From: the human T2T-CHM13v2.0 reference genome, Homo sapiens
Length of the DNA: 64,000 bases
Assembly (NCBI RefSeq): GCF_009914755.1
Contig: NC_060925.1
Reading direction: 5' to 3' (one strand)
The notes beneath the pieces are model-generated. The model did no database searches, was not told where the DNA came from, and saw nothing but the letters and a program-made list of their open reading frames with translations. Shown piece after piece: positions 17,867 to 31,906 of this stretch. How positions within the stretch are numbered: the first letter of the stretch is position 1; each line of letters begins with the position of its first letter. The translations under genes were made by a program, and so were the position numbers.

Positions 17867-20561
17867 AGTTTCTCTTTATTGGTACTCTCTTTCGGTTAGA
17901 CATAATTCTCCCGGGTTTTTGTAACTTTCTTTGCTCATGGTTTCCTTTAGCTCTTTGAGCATATCTGAGACAATTGATTTAAAGACTAGTAAGTACAATG
18001 GCTGGACTTCTCATGGACAATTTCCATTGGTTCTTTTTTCCTGTGAATGAGCCATACTTTTTTTTTTTTTTTTTTTTTTGCATACCTCATAGTTTTTTTG
18101 TAGAAGACTGGACTTTTTAATATTATAATGTAGCAACTATGGAAATTAGATTCTCCCAAGGAAATTAGAAACTCCCCAGGATTTGTTGTTCTGCCTTTGG
18201 GGTTGGTGTTGTTTGTTTATTTAGTGACTTTTCTCAACTATTTTTGTAAAGTCTGTATTCTTCATCATATGTGGCCACTGAAGTCTTAGTTCTGTTAGCC
18301 TGTGGTCATATAGAGTTTTGACAGTTTCCTTAAATTCTTGGAGCCAAAAAAGAAAACAAAAGAAGAATAAAATAAATTACCGGTCTTTGTAGATTGGCTC
18401 TGTGTTGGGATGCTCTTTCAACACTTAGCTAGCTAGACCACTTATATAACTCTTCTTTAGCCTTCACTCCTCGCTTGCCTGGAAACTAAATTTCAGCCAG
18501 AGGTGAAAGTTTTGGGTCTTCTAATGCCTTTTCTGAGCATACATCCAGTTCTAGGTATGTATATGGACTTCCTGATTCTCTGGTATACATACAAGCTTTG
18601 AAAATCCTTATTACCCCATATGTATCCTTCCCCAACTTCATCTTTTCCCAGCTTTTTGGTCTGTCAAATGCTATCCCAACTGTTGTCCCTAGGCCCAAGC
18701 TGTGGTGGTCAATACTTGTGTCCTTAAATTCTTTTAGTAATTTCACTTGGGAAGCCTCCCCATCCTTGGAAACACTCCAAGTATGGCAAAATAAAGGCTA
18801 GTCCTTGTGTCAGTTGTTCAGGGAGCCAGATAACTTTAGGTCAAAACAAACAACCACAATTTTTTGAAAATAAGATTCATATTTCACCTTCTGGCACTAG
18901 CAACCTGCATTACAATATTGGCTGCTGTCATCATGGCCACCACTGATGTGGAGATTGGTGGTGGGGGGTATGTGGACAATTTAAAATGCCACACTTTCTT
19001 TACCACAATGCATCCTCATCTTTCTTCACCAAGACTTTCCCTAGTTGTCATAAATTCTTGACTAGATTCAAGAATTCTCCAAAGCTCTGATTCTCACCAT
19101 TTTTGTCGTATCCTTAGTTGCTTTTGTGGAGGGTTGAATTCTGAGAGCTTCCTCCTTTGCCATTTTCTGTGACATCATTTCCTACTATATCTTTTAATCC
19201 ATGGATTTGGCATATTCCTCCATTTATTCATGTATTCATTAATTTGTATTTAAAACTAATAATTTTTATAGTTTTCCACTTAATATTATTATATCTCTCC
19301 ATTATATTTATTTCTAGACCTTTGATGTTTTCTGATGCACTTATGTTTTCTGATGTACTTGTAAATTTTTAAAGTTTTATTTTTAACTTTGTCTGGCATA
19401 TAGAAATATAATTGATTTTTATGTAATAAACCAGTATTTCAAAACTTTACTGAATTAGCTAATTCTACAAGTTCATCTGCAAATTCCTTTGATACACACA
19501 ATTATGTCCTCTGTGAATAAAGAGTTTCATTTTTTAAGATATTTATATATTTGATTTTCCTTTATTACCTTATTGCTCTTACTAGGTCTTCCATTACCTA
19601 GATAGATGTGGCATTACATTGAGACACCCTTGCCTCAGTCTCAATCTCAATTTAATCACAGATTTAATCTCTTCAAAATATATAGGACTGCTTAGATTTT
19701 CTATTTCTTTTTATGCCATTTTAGTATGTTGTATATTTTAGGAATTTGGCAATTTCATTTGACATTTCAAATATGTTGACATGAAGTTGTTTGTGATACT
19801 CTCATTATATTTAAATGTCTATAAGACATGTAATGTTGAGTGCAGTATTCTGTATATGTTAGTTATGTGTATTTGGCTAAGCACATTCACATTTTCTGTA
19901 TTTTTACGATAGTTGTGGTTTTCATTGCTATCAGTTAAAAGAGACATTACTAATCTCCCACTCTGGATTTTTTCATTTATCTTTTTAGTACTTTCAATTT
20001 TTGCTTTATTTGAGTCTACATTGTTAGATGCAAGCAAATTTGGAATTATAGATTCCTGCTAGAATAATTCTTTTTCTCTAATAACACTTCCTGTTTATAG
20101 TCTTTGTCTCCATTTTGATAGTCATTACCATTTATCCCATCTTTTTATTCTTTAATATCCCTTTGTTCTCATATTTAAGCTAAGCCCCTTTTAAGTCTAA
20201 TCTTATTTCTTATATTTTTGTTTCCATTTAAATCCAATCTGACAATTGCCTTTTAGTAAGCATATTTAGTCCACTTACATTTGATATGATTACTTATACA
20301 TTGGGTTTAAAATGCTACCTTACCATTTTAAGTCTTTTTTTAACTGCTGCTGTAATAGATGTACATAGTTTCAGGGTACATGTGACAATTAAACACATTC
20401 ACATAATTTGTAAAGATAAAATTAGTATACTTGGGATATCCATCACCCTAAATATTTGTTTTTCCTTGCACTGGAACAATTAACATTCTTCTCTTCTAGC
20501 TAGCTTGAAATATACAATAGATTGTTGTAAGCTATATTGCTATATTCACCCTGCTCACCTT

Positions 20562-20864
20562 TCTTTTTTTTTTTTTTTTTTTGTGACAGAGTTTCACTTT
20601 TATCGCCCAGGCTGGAGTGCAATGGCACGATTTTGGCTCACCGCAAGCTCCACCTCCCGGGTTCAAGCAATTCTCCTGCCTCAGCCTCCTAAGTAGCTGA
20701 GATTACAAGCATGTGCCACCATGCCCGGCTAATTTTGTATTTTTAGTAGAGACGGGGTTTCTCCATGTTGGTCAGGCTGGTCTCGAACTCCCGACCTCAG
20801 GTGATCTGACTGCCTCAGTCTCCCAAAGTGCTGGGATTACAGGTATGAGCCACTGTGCCTGGCC
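20562..20864 (-). mobile_element. AluSp-like with TSD
   Basis: Flanks tcaccctgctcacctttct / tcactctgctcatctttct. Confidence 0.9.
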
Positions 20865-21277
20865 TCACTCTGCTCATCTTTCTAACACTAGGTCTTATTT
20901 CTTCTATCAATCAAACCATATATTTATACTCATTAATCAATATCTTTCTTTCTTCCTTCCCCCTAACCTTTGCAGCCTTTGGTAACCACCAATCATACTC
21001 CTTGTCTTCATGAAATCCCTTTTTAAGCTCCCACATATGAGTAAGAACATGTGATATTTGTCTTTCTGTGCTTGGCTTATTTCACGTAACATAGTGACCA
21101 CCAGTTTCATTCATGTTGCTGCAAAAGACAGGATTTCATTCTTTTTTGTGGCTGGATAATATTCCATTGTGTATATGTACCATGTTTTCTTTATCCATTC
21201 ATCTTTTGATGATTACTTAGGTTGATCTCATATCTTGGCTATTGTGAATAGTACTACAATGAACATGGGAGTGCAGA

Positions 21278-21573
21278 TTTTTTTTTTTTCTTTTTTGGGA
21301 CAGGGTCTGTCTCTGTCACTCAGGCTGGAATGCAGTGGTGCAATCATGGCTCACTGCAGCCTTGACCTCTTGGACTCAAGCAATCCTTCCACCTCAGCCT
21401 CCTCAAGTAGTTGGGACCACAGGCACATGCCACCACACCCAGCTAATTATTTTATTGTTTTAGAGACGGGGTTTTGGCATGTTGCCCAGGCTGATCTCGA
21501 ACTCCCGGGCTCAAACAATCCACCCACTTCAGCCTCTCAACATGCTGATAGTGTGAGCCACCATGCCCAGCCC
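21278..21573 (-). mobile_element. AluJ-like
   Basis: Diverged antisense Alu inside the L1. Confidence 0.85.
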
Positions 21574-21787
21574 AGATGTTTTTTTGATATGTTGATTTTC
21601 TTTCTTTAAACTATATACCCAGTAATAGAATTGCTGTGTTACATGGTAGTTCTATTTTTAATTTTCCGAGAAACCTCCATACTATTTTTCATACTGGCTG
21701 TACTAATTTACATTCCTACCGACAATGTGCAGGTATTTTCCTTTTTACACAACCTCACCAGCATCGGTTATTCCATCTTTTTGATAA

Positions 21788-22179
<392 letters not shown>

Positions 22180-22248
22180 TAGTTTTGATTTGCATTTCTC
22201 TGATGATTAGTGATGTTGAGCATTTTTTCATATACCTATTGACTATTT

Positions 22249-24169
22249 TTTTTTTTTTTTTAATTTATTTTTTTATTGATAATTCTTGGGTGTTTCTCAC
22301 AGAGGGGGATTTGGCAGGGTCATGGGACAATAGTGGAGGGAAGGCCAGCAGATAAACAAGTGAACAAAGGTCTCTGGTTTTCCTAGGCAGAGGACCCTGC
22401 GGCCTTCTGCAGTGTTTGTGTCCCTGATTACTTGAGATTAGGGATTGGTGATGACTCTTAACGAGCATGCTGCCTTCAAGCATCTGTTTAACAAAGCACA
22501 TCTTGCACCGCCCTTAATCCATTTAACCCTGAGTGGACACAGCACATGTTTCAGAGAGCACAGGGTTGGGGGTAAGGTCACAGATCAACAGGATCCCAAG
22601 GCAGAAGAATTTTTCTTAGTGCAGAACAAAATGAAAAGTCTCCCATGTCTACCTCTTTCTACACAGACACGGCAACCATCCGATTTCTCAATCTTTTCCC
22701 CACCTTTCCCGCCTTTCTATTCCACAAAGCCGCCATTGTCATCCTGGCCCGTTCTCAATGAGCTGTTGGGCACACCTCCCAGACGGGGTGGTGGCCGGGC
22801 AGAGGGGCTCCTCACTTCCCAGTAGGGGCGGCCGGGCAGAGGCGCCCCTCACCTCCCGGACGGGGCGGCTGGCCGGGCGGGGGGGCTGACCCCCCCACCT
22901 CCCTCCCGGACGGGGCGGCTGGCCAGGCGGGGGGCTGACCCCCCCACCTCCCTCCCGGACGGGGCGGCTGGCCGGGTGGGGGGGCTGACGCCCCCATCTC
23001 CCTCCCGGACGGGGTGGCTGGCCAGGCTGAGGGGCTCCTCACTTCCCAGTAGGGGCGGCTGGGCAGAGGCGCCCCTCACCTCCCGGACGGGGCGGCTGGC
23101 CGGGCGGGGGGCTGAACCCCCCACCTCCCTCCCGGACGGCACGGCCGGCCGGGCGGGGGGCTGACCCCCCCACCTCCCTCCCGGATGGCACGGCTGGCCG
23201 GGTGGGGGGGCTGACCCCCCACCTCCCTCCCGGATGGGGCGGCTGGCCGGGCGGGGGGCTGACCCCCCCCCACCTCCCTCCCGGACGGGGTGGCTGCTGG
23301 GCGGAGACGCTCCTCACTTCCCAGATGGGGTGGCTGCCGGGCGGAGAGGCTCCTCACTTCTCAGACGGGGTGGTTGCCAGGCAGAGGGTCTCCTCACTTC
23401 TCAGACAGGGCGGCCGGGCAGAGACGCTCCTCACCTCCCAGACGGGGTCTTGGCCGGGCAGAGGCGCTCCTCACATCCCAGATGGGGCGGCGGGGCAGAG
23501 GCGCTCCCCACATCTCAGACGATGGGCGGCCGGGCAGAGACGCTCCTCACTTCCTACATGTGATGGCGGCTGGGAAGAGGCGCTCCTCACTTCCTAGATG
23601 GGATGGCGGCCGGGCGCAGACGCTCCTCACTTTCCAGACTGGGCAGCCAGGCAGAGGGGCTCCTCACATCCCAGACGATGGGCGGCCAGGCAGAGACACT
23701 CCTCACTTCCCAGACGGGGTGGCGGCCGGGCAGAGGCTGCAATCTCGGCACTTTGGGAGGCCAAGGCAGGCGGCTGGGAGGTGTAGGTTGTAGTGAGCCG
23801 AGATCACGCCACTGCACTCCAGCCTGGGCACCATTGAGCACTGAGTGAACGAGACTCCGTCTGCAATCCCGGCACCTCGGGAGGCCAAGGCTGGCGGATC
23901 ACTCGCGGTTAGGGGCTGGAGACCGGCCCGGCCAACACAGCGAAACCCCGTCTCCACCAAAACCAGTCAGGCGTGGCGGCGCGTGTCTGCAATCGCAGGC
24001 ACTCGGCAGGCTGAGGCAGGAGAATCAGGCAGGGAGGTTGCAGTGAGCCGGGATGGCAGCAGTACAGTCCAGCTTCGGCTCCGCATGAGAGGGAGACCGT
24101 GGGGAGAGGGAGAGGGAGAGGGAGAGGGGGAGGGGGAGGGGGAGGGGGAGGGGGAAGGGGAGGGAGAGC
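22249..24169 (-). mobile_element. Full-length SVA retrotransposon (SVA_F-like), antisense to RGSL1
   Basis: Poly-T, SINE-R (about 22265-22760), GC-rich VNTR (about 22760-23730), Alu-like domain (about 23730-24100), hexamer head (24101-24168). Perfect TSD cctattgactattt at 22235-22248 and 24170-24183. Confidence 0.96.
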
Positions 24170-24631
24170 CCTATTGACTATTTGTATGTTTTCTTTTGAG
24201 AAACGTCTATTCAGAGCTTTTGCCCATTTTTAAGTTGGATTATTTGGTTTGCTATTGCGTTGTTTGAGCTTCTTATATATTCTGGTTATGAATCCCTTTT
24301 CAGGTGGATAGTCTGCAAATATTTTCTCCCAGTCTATGTGTTGCCTGTTTATTTTGATAATTGTTTTTGTTACTGTGAATAAATATTAGGATGTAATCCT
24401 ATTTGTATATTTTTATTTTGGTTGCTGGTGCTTTTTTTTCTTTTGAAGTCTTACACAAAAAGTCTTTGCCCAGACCAATGTCCTGGAGCATTTCCCTAAT
24501 GTTTTCATCTAATAGTTTTATAGTTTCAGGTCTTAGATTTTTGTCTTTAATACATTTTTATTTGATTTTTGTATATGATGAGAGATAGAGGTCTAGTTTC
24601 ATTCTTCTCCATATAGTTATCCAGCTTGCTT

Positions 24632-24932
24632 TCTTTATTTTTTTGAGATAGAGATTTGCTCTCGTTGCCCAGGCTGGAGTGCAATGGCATGATCTCAGCT
24701 CACTGCAACGTGTGCCTCCCGGTTCAAGAGATTCTCCTGCCTCAACCTCCCAAGTAGCTGGGATTACAAGCATGTGCCACCATGCCCGGCTAATTTTGTA
24801 TTTTTAGTAGAGATGGGGTTTCTCTATGTTGGTCAGGCTGGTCTCAAACTCCCGACCTCAGGTGATCTGCCCGTCTCGGCTTCCCTAAGAGCTGGGATTA
24901 CAGGTTTACAGGTATGAGCCACCGCGCCTGTC
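24632..24932 (-). mobile_element. AluSp-like with TSD
   Basis: Flanks gttatccagcttgctt / gttatccagctttctt. Confidence 0.88.
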
Positions 24933-27344
24933 CAGTTATCCAGCTTTCTTAGCACCATTTATTGAAGAGACTGTTATTTCCCCATTGTATCTTCTTTGCA
25001 CATTTGTTGAAGATGAGTTGGCTGTAAAGGCATGGATTTATATCTGGGCTCTGTGTTCTGTCCCATTGGTCTATGTATCTGTTTCCATGGTGCTGATTTG
25101 GTTACTGTAGCATTGTAGTAAATTTTGAAACCAGGTAGTATGATGCTTTTAGTTTTGTCCTTTTTGCTTAGGATTGCTTTGGCTATTTGGGGGTCCTTTG
25201 TGATTTCATATAAATTGCAGGATTTAAAAAATTTCTCTGAAGAATGTCATTGGTGTTTCGATAGGATGAATCTATAAATTACTCTGGATAGTATTGTCAT
25301 TTTAACAGTATTAATTCTTCCAGTCATGAGCATGGAGTAACCTTTCATTTGTGTATATCTTCTTTTTTGTTTCTTTCATCAGCGTTTTGTAATTTTTCTT
25401 GTATAGATCTTTCACTTCTTTGGTTAAATTGATTCCTATATATTTTATATTTTTGTAGCTATTATAAATGGGATTCCTTTTTATTTTCCAGATTGTTCAC
25501 TGTTGGTGTATATAAATGCTACTAATTTTTGTATATTGATTTTGTATCCTGAAACCTTACTGGATTTATCAGTTCTAACACTGCTATTACTGTATTGTGG
25601 TCTTTCTCTCCTTTTATATCTATTAATGTTTGTTTTATGTACTTTGATGCTCTGGTGTTAGGCACATAAATATTTATAATTGTTTTATCCTCTTGCTAAG
25701 TTGACCTCTTTATTATTATATAGTGACTCTCTGTCTCTTTTTACCATCTTTGATATGTTGTCTATTTTATCTGATGTAAGTATAGCTATTCTTGCCTCTT
25801 TATTTCTGCTTGTATGGAATATCTTTTTCCATCCCCCCACTTTCAGTCTGTATATGTGAAATGGGAGAGTTCCCTGACCCCCCCTCTGCAGAAGGTGCAA
25901 CAGGGGTGTGGCTCATCTGTTCGGCTGCTGCATGCTCAAACCCCTTATGGGAGGAGGGGCACGCAGACAGGCAGGTTCAGGAGCCAGGGCAAGTGCTTTT
26001 GGGCTCCGGCCCCACGGTAGCTTCTACAGGTGGGTGCCTGCGATTCTCAAAGCCCCAGTGTGTGTGCCACAGTGCTGTTTTAGCTCTACCATCCACAGAC
26101 AGCATAAGTGTTAACCAGCTCAGTGCACTCTTTGTACCTGGGTTCTTGTCTGGTGTCCAGCAAGAATCAGGTCACAAACAGATTTGAAGGATGGTGAATG
26201 CAGAGATTTTACTGGATGATGGAGGTGGCTCTCAGCAGAATGGACGCGGAGCTGAAAAAGGGATGGAGTGGGGAGATGATCTTCCCCTGGAGTTTGGCTA
26301 CCCCATGGCTGATCTTCTTTCTGACTGTCCCCAGCTGAACTCCTCTCAATGTTCTGATGCTCCTTCTCTCCTCTCCTTCTCTGCCATGCCACTCTTCTGC
26401 TCCTCTGCTCTTTTGTTTGTCTGTCCATGGAGCCTGGGGTTTGGGGTTTATATGGGCACAGGACGGGGTGGGGCATGGCAGGCCAAAGGGCAACATTTGG
26501 GCATGGAAACAGGAATGCCTGTTCCCATTTAGGGTTGTGGGTTTCCAGGCCTAGGGGTGGGGCCTTTGCCAGGGAACTGCCCTCGCCTACCCAGTATTTC
26601 TCTGTCTACTGTTGATATCATTTTCCCCCTCTGAAGAGGCACATCTAACTGCCATTAGAATATGGACAATGACCAACCTGAGCTACTTCCTGCTGACAGG
26701 GGGCATTGTTTTGGGGAAAACAGAAGTCAGATTCCTCCCCAATCTACCTAAGGGTCTCTGGCAAAACGAAGCCATCTTCAGAGGCTCTGGTTGCCTGACC
26801 ATTTGGAGTTTGATGTCCTAGGTGAGAGAGAAAAAAAAGTTTTAGAAGGTTAAGTATGCATGGGTTAAACATGTGTATTATACAAGGAAAGAATCGAGTG
26901 CCAAAGATTACAGAAATAAGAAGTGAAATATACTAACAATTTGCACCCCAAGCTGTTTTGCCCTAGTGAAAGAAATTAAACCTTGTATGGGAGCAGTTAA
27001 ACTTTAGAAGAGAGATAACTGTTTTTGCCACATCGGTAGTAGTTAACAGGTGCATTCTGGGAATTCTGGGGTTTGTGGACTTGCATGGTGACTCTTAAGC
27101 TTCTGCCTCTTTCTTGTGTCTCCCTATCTCTATTGTAAAAGACCAAGGCAACCACTTTCAGGAGGTTCTCCAAAGTACTATCTGGTCCCAGGGCCTATTT
27201 CTGCAACTTCTTCCTTACATCAGGGGCTGCCTGAATAATAAATTTATACTTTGGGGTTAGCTGTCACTTGACAAAATAAGGAGATAGAGAGGTGTACTTT
27301 ACCAAGGCTCCTCTTAGCCTCTCCAAGAAGGCAATCAGATTTTC

Positions 27345-27654
27345 TTTTCTCTCCCTATCTTTTTTTTTTTTTTTTTGAGACAGTCTCGCTCTGTTGCTCA
27401 GATGAGAGTGCAATGGTGTGATCTTGGCTCACTGCAACCTCCATCTCCTGGGTTCAAGCGAGTCTCCTGCCTCAGCCTCCTGAGTAGCTGGGATTACAGG
27501 CACCTGCCATCATGCCTGGCTAATTTTTGTATTTTTGGAGAGATAGGTTTCACCACGTTAGCCAGGCTTGCCTTGAACTCCTGACCTAAGGTGATCCACC
27601 AACCTCAGCCTCTCAAAGTGCTGGGTTTATAGGCGTGAGCTACCATGCCCAGCC
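27345..27654 (-). mobile_element. AluS inserted in the gag major homology region
   Basis: TSD gcaatcagattttc (27331-27344) / gcagtgagattttc (27656-27669). Confidence 0.88.
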
Positions 27655-28122
27655 TGCAGTGAGATTTTCATTAAATCCCTGGTCTATCATGGATAGCTTG
27701 CTGTAATTGAGTGACTTGGTCCTCGTCCTACATAAGCCTTCCATTATGCATACCTGAAAGTGTCCCCTCTTCCAGTCTCCCATCTCGTCACTGGGATCCC
27801 ATTTAGGGTCATTCACTGGTACTGCTTCTCTTTCAGTTGGATAAAGTTCGCCCCCTTCCCTGATGCTATATGTGATACAAAGCTCATCCCCAAATCTCTC
27901 TGCTGCTTGCAGAGTGGACTGCTTCTCAGTGTTCCTCAGGGTCCCATTCAAAAGTAACATCACGTCTCTCCAGGAGAGTGCAAATACTTGGGTTAAATTC
28001 TGGAAAACCTCTATATATCTGTCGGGGTCATCTGGAAACCTGCTAAGATACCCCTTAATTTGCTTCAAGTCCTGTAGAGAGAAGGGGACCTGGACCTTAC
28101 TAAAACCAAATTCACCAGGCAT
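27640..28122 (-). pseudogene. ERV1 gag capsid (p30) remnant, 160-codon ORF
   Basis: VQVPFSLQDLKQIK...FPDDPDRYIEVFQNLTQVFALSWRDVMLLL...AVPVNDPKWD...IDQGFNENL is gammaretroviral-like capsid sequence (HERV-W/HERV9 class). Confidence 0.85.
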
Positions 28123-31100
28123 CTGTTGGAGGGCAAGAGTGAGACTGGGGCTTGTCTACAGGGAGGACTTCTAGGAGGGGGCAAGCATGAGACTGAAGCT
28201 GGATAGGACCTTTCTACAGAAAAGGTCCAACTGCCAGATGGTATCGAAATGAATGGTTCCTTCCTGAGGCCAAGCCAATCCTTCATAATTTGGTGAAACC
28301 TTTGTGCAGAGGGATATGAGGCATTTTTTTCTCCAGATTCTGAGGGTCAAAGTAGTCCCAAGGATTCAGGATACACTCCAGAGGAGTATAAGCTGGGGGT
28401 GGTGAAGAGAGCTGGTTGCCCATTTTGAAAGACAGGAAAGTAGAAGTGTCCCTCATTTCCCTTCCTTCTTTCAGTGAAAACTCAGGGTGTGAGGGAGAGA
28501 GAAAACAGGCAGTCTTCCTTTCTCTTCCATCTTTTCATCCCCGAGTCCCAGCAACCATGGCAGGTGCCACCCACAGGTGTCACTGCAGCCCACACCCGTG
28601 AAGCAGGGAGGGCCTAGAAAATAGGAATTGTTCGCACTCACCTATGCCTCCATCCCGCTACTGTTGGCAACTTTGCGTTCCCTGGGCCTTATCTATGCCA
28701 TGGAGCATGGTCTCCTTTCATGAAGCAGGGATTTAGTCGACAGGAATTGGTCCTGCGCATTTACATTGTGCCTGTTGCCTGGCTTTGAATCCTTCAGATC
28801 TGGTTTTCCCTTCTAGGGCTGCAGCCTGGAGCCTGGAATCGAGTTTGGGACAAAAAAAGTATTTCAGAGGCTGCACGGATCTGTTTAGATTAAGTCTCAA
28901 ATGGGCCCTGGCGAATTTGCAGTTACTAGCAAGCAGGGGTTGCTCCTCCCTATCATAAGCAGAGTGCATGGGGGAAGGAAAGAAAAGAAAACAGTTTAAA
29001 GTAAAAAAAAAAAAAGGGGGGGGGGCGGGGTGGAGGGCGTGGGGGAAGAACTTCTTGCTTTGAGCAAATGGGTTCCTTTAATTATTGTATCTTTCCGCCA
29101 GTTTAGACCAGTGAGGATCCTTCAGCCATTGGGGGAATGGCTCCGCCGGCACGGCAAACAGGAGGCACTGGCCAGCTGGCTACGCAGGGTGCCAGCGGCA
29201 GCCGTGGTTTTTTCCCACCCGCACCGTGGCCATTGGGTGCAGCTCGTACGTGCTGCAGACTCGCCCAGGTGCCCTAGCCAGAAGGGGAGGGGATAAGGAG
29301 AGGAGCCCCTGTGGCCATGGGGTGGGATTCAGGGTCGCACCAAAGGGAAACCACATCGTTCTGAATTGCACCTCTGATGGCTGGGCCAAATGCTCATTCT
29401 ATTTAATGTCATTGCCACAGTCTGCAGCAAAATCCTTAACATTATAAAAGAAGAGATAGGAGCCATTTCAAACCGTGAAAGAAGAGATAGCACAGCAAAG
29501 TCCAGGTATCTCGGCTGATGGAGTTCAGTCTTGGGGTCTTCCAGCAACAAATAATGCCTTTGTTGCCCCAGGGCTTTACTCCGGTCCTATGTGACGGGTA
29601 GACCTCCGTGAAGGGAAACAGCCGATATTCCTTTACCCACAGGAAAGAGAGAGGTGGCAGGCCAGAAGGCAACATTCAGGCACAAAAGCAGAAATGCCTG
29701 TTCCCATTTAGGGTCGTGGGTTTCCAGGCTTGGGAGCGGGCCCTTTGCCGGGGAACTGCCCTCTTCTACCCAGTATTTCCCGTCTCTATCTCCTGTCCAT
29801 ATCATCTGTATGGGTGAAGTTAATTTCTTGCAGGTAGCATATAGTTGGGTCTTCTTTATCCATTTAGCCACCCTACACCTTTTAATTGCAGGATTGAGCT
29901 CATTTACATTCAGTGTTATCAATAAGTAAGGACTTACTACTGCCATTTTGTTGCTTATTATCTGGTTGTTTTATAACTCCTTTCTTTTTTCCTACTGTCT
30001 TTCTTTGTGGTGAAGTGATTTTCTCTTGTAGTATGTTTTAATTTGTTGCATTTCATTTTTAGTGAATGTATTATAGACTTTTGCATTGTGGTTACCATAA
30101 GCCTTACAAAAAACATCTTATAGATACGTTATTTTATAAAGAAGTTAATCTATCTTAGATCATAAAGAATAAAAACAAGGAAAATATTTTTAAAAAATTT
30201 TTACACTTTAACTCCACCCCTCCCACAGTTTGACTTCAGTTATCTTAATTTACGTATTACTAATGTTTTAACAGTTCCTGTAGCTGTTATCATTTTTGAT
30301 AGCTTTGTCTTTTAGGCTTCATACTAAGTTATGAGTGGGTTGAACACCATAATTATAGTATTAGAGTATTCTGGGTTTGTCTGTGTACTTAATTTTATCA
30401 GTGGGTTTCATACCTTCAAATGTTTTTTCATTTGTTTGCTTAAGTTATATTTTTTCATGTTAGTGTTTTTTTCTTTCAGATCAAAGAATTCCCTTTAGTG
30501 CTTCTTGTAAAATGAGTCTAGTGTTGGTGAATTCTCTCAGCTTTTGTTTCTCTAGGGAAGACTTTACCTCTCCTTTATATTTGAAAGATAACTTTTCTGG
30601 ATACAATATTCTTGCATGGCAGTGTTTTTCTTTCAGCACTTTGAAAATGTTGCTCAACTCCCTGCTGGTCTGTATGATTTCTATTGAGAAGTCTGTTACT
30701 AGATGAACTGGAGGTCCTTTATATGCTATTAGCCTCTTTTCTATTTCTGTTTTTTTTTTTTGTATTTTTCTCTCTGTCCTTGACTTTTGGGTGTTTGATT
30801 ATTATAGTCCTTGGGGTAGTCTTATTTGGGTCAAATCTGTTTGGTGTTCTCTGACCTTCCTGTATCTGGATACTTATCTCTTTCTCAAGTTTTGGAAAGT
30901 TTTCAATTATTATTGTTTTTTTAAATAAATCTTCTATCCCTTGCTCTTGCTCGACTTCCTCTCAAACACCAGTAATTTGATTTTCTCTTTTGAGATCACT
31001 TTCTATATCTTGTAGGCAACCTTTGTTGATTTTTATATTTTTTCTTCTTTTTTCTTCTCAGTGTATTTTAAAATAGACTGTCTTCAAGCTCACTGGTTCT

Positions 31101-31504
31101 TTCCTCTCCTTGATCCATTTTGCTGTTGAGAGCCTCTAATGAATTTTTAAGTTCAGCAAATGTATTTCTAAGTTCCAAGATTTCTGTTTAATTTCTTTTA
31201 TTATTTCAACTTGTTTGTTAAATTTCTTCAATGGCTTTCCGAATTGTTTTTCTGTGTTATCTTGGAGATCACTGAGTTTTCTTAAAACTACTATTTTGAA
31301 TTCTTGGTCAGAGAGCTCACATATCACCATCTCCTTAGTGTTATTTTCAGGTTCCTTGTTTTGATCCATTTGGGAAGATTGTGGTTCTCTGTTTGCTCTT
31401 GTTTCTTGTGGGTCTATGTATGTGTCTTTGCATTAAAGAGTTATTTATTCCAGTCTTCTCTGTCTGGCTTGTTTTGTTTTATATTGAATATATTTGCTTA
31501 GAGG

Positions 31505-31906
<402 letters not shown>

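Larger units (their letters stand above)
25857..29804 (-). mobile_element. Deleted ERV1 provirus with MER50-like LTRs (3' LTR 25857-26620, truncated 5' LTR about 29655-29804)
   Basis: Both LTRs start TGATAT...AAATACTGGGTAG..GAGGGCAGTTCCC. A polypurine tract (AGAGGGGGAAAA on minus) precedes the 3' LTR, a gag remnant lies inside, and the element interrupts contiguous L1 EN sequence. Confidence 0.85.

Noticed and set aside
22790-23730. Repeat-spacer appearance resembling a CRISPR array
   Set aside because: These are tandem 35-50-bp SVA VNTR units without unique spacers, in human DNA with no cas genes.
22445-24177. Dense overlapping ORFs of 60-167 aa, including a poly-(GE) tail
   Set aside because: They are translations of the GC-rich SVA VNTR, Alu-like domain and hexamer head, which have few stop codons. 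No evidence of a gene.
29000-29350. G-rich, CpG-containing patch as a gene promoter or CpG island
   Set aside because: It lies in the ERV1 leader region, is short and has no associated first exon.
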